A DNA stretch of 64,000 nucleotides from Glycera tridactyla. Its lineage: Eukaryota. Below are positions 63,971-64,000 of this stretch, piece after piece. Every line of letters starts with the position of its first letter. Positions within the stretch are counted from its first letter, which is position 1. A model generated the notes under the pieces. That model ran no database searches. It had not been told where the DNA came from and saw only the letters and a list, made by a program, of their open reading frames with translations. Made by a program: the position numbers and the translations under genes. The stretch is taken from NCBI GenBank assembly GCA_965644265.1, contig OZ286463.1, forward strand, positions 105,338,001-105,402,000, read 5' to 3'.

Positions 63971-64000
63971 GAGAAGGTGTCCACAATCTAATCAGAATCA

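Overview
Eukaryotic genomic DNA from a draft assembly, roughly 40% GC by eye. It has eight N-gaps (4456-4712, 14853-15090, 15564-16104, 19417-19576, 30952-31143, 37872-38010, 49154-49417, 49733-49913), several bordered by simple repeats. The repeat mix is typical of a marine invertebrate, but the species cannot be determined. I found no supportable host protein-coding gene, rRNA, true tRNA or CRISPR array. The longest listed ORFs are artefacts of gaps, low-complexity DNA or tandem repeats, or lie antisense to decayed retroelements. The window is mostly a transposon graveyard. It holds about a dozen heavily degraded fragments of RNase H-bearing I-group LINEs, two of them near-complete fossils (2.3-7.8 kb and 31.9-37.8 kb, both minus strand). 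It also holds five Ty3/Gypsy pol relics, two Penelope-like relics, a tRNA-derived SINE, three related TA-target MITEs and one short palindromic MITE. Tandem repeats include 62-bp and 69-bp minisatellites, a 2.4-kb (ACCC/ACCT)n satellite and several microsatellites. Retroelement calls come from hand translation across stops and frameshifts, matched to remembered family motifs; boundaries are approximate and no database search was run. I see no evidence for a novel multi-gene biological system. The findings below are modest structural observations.
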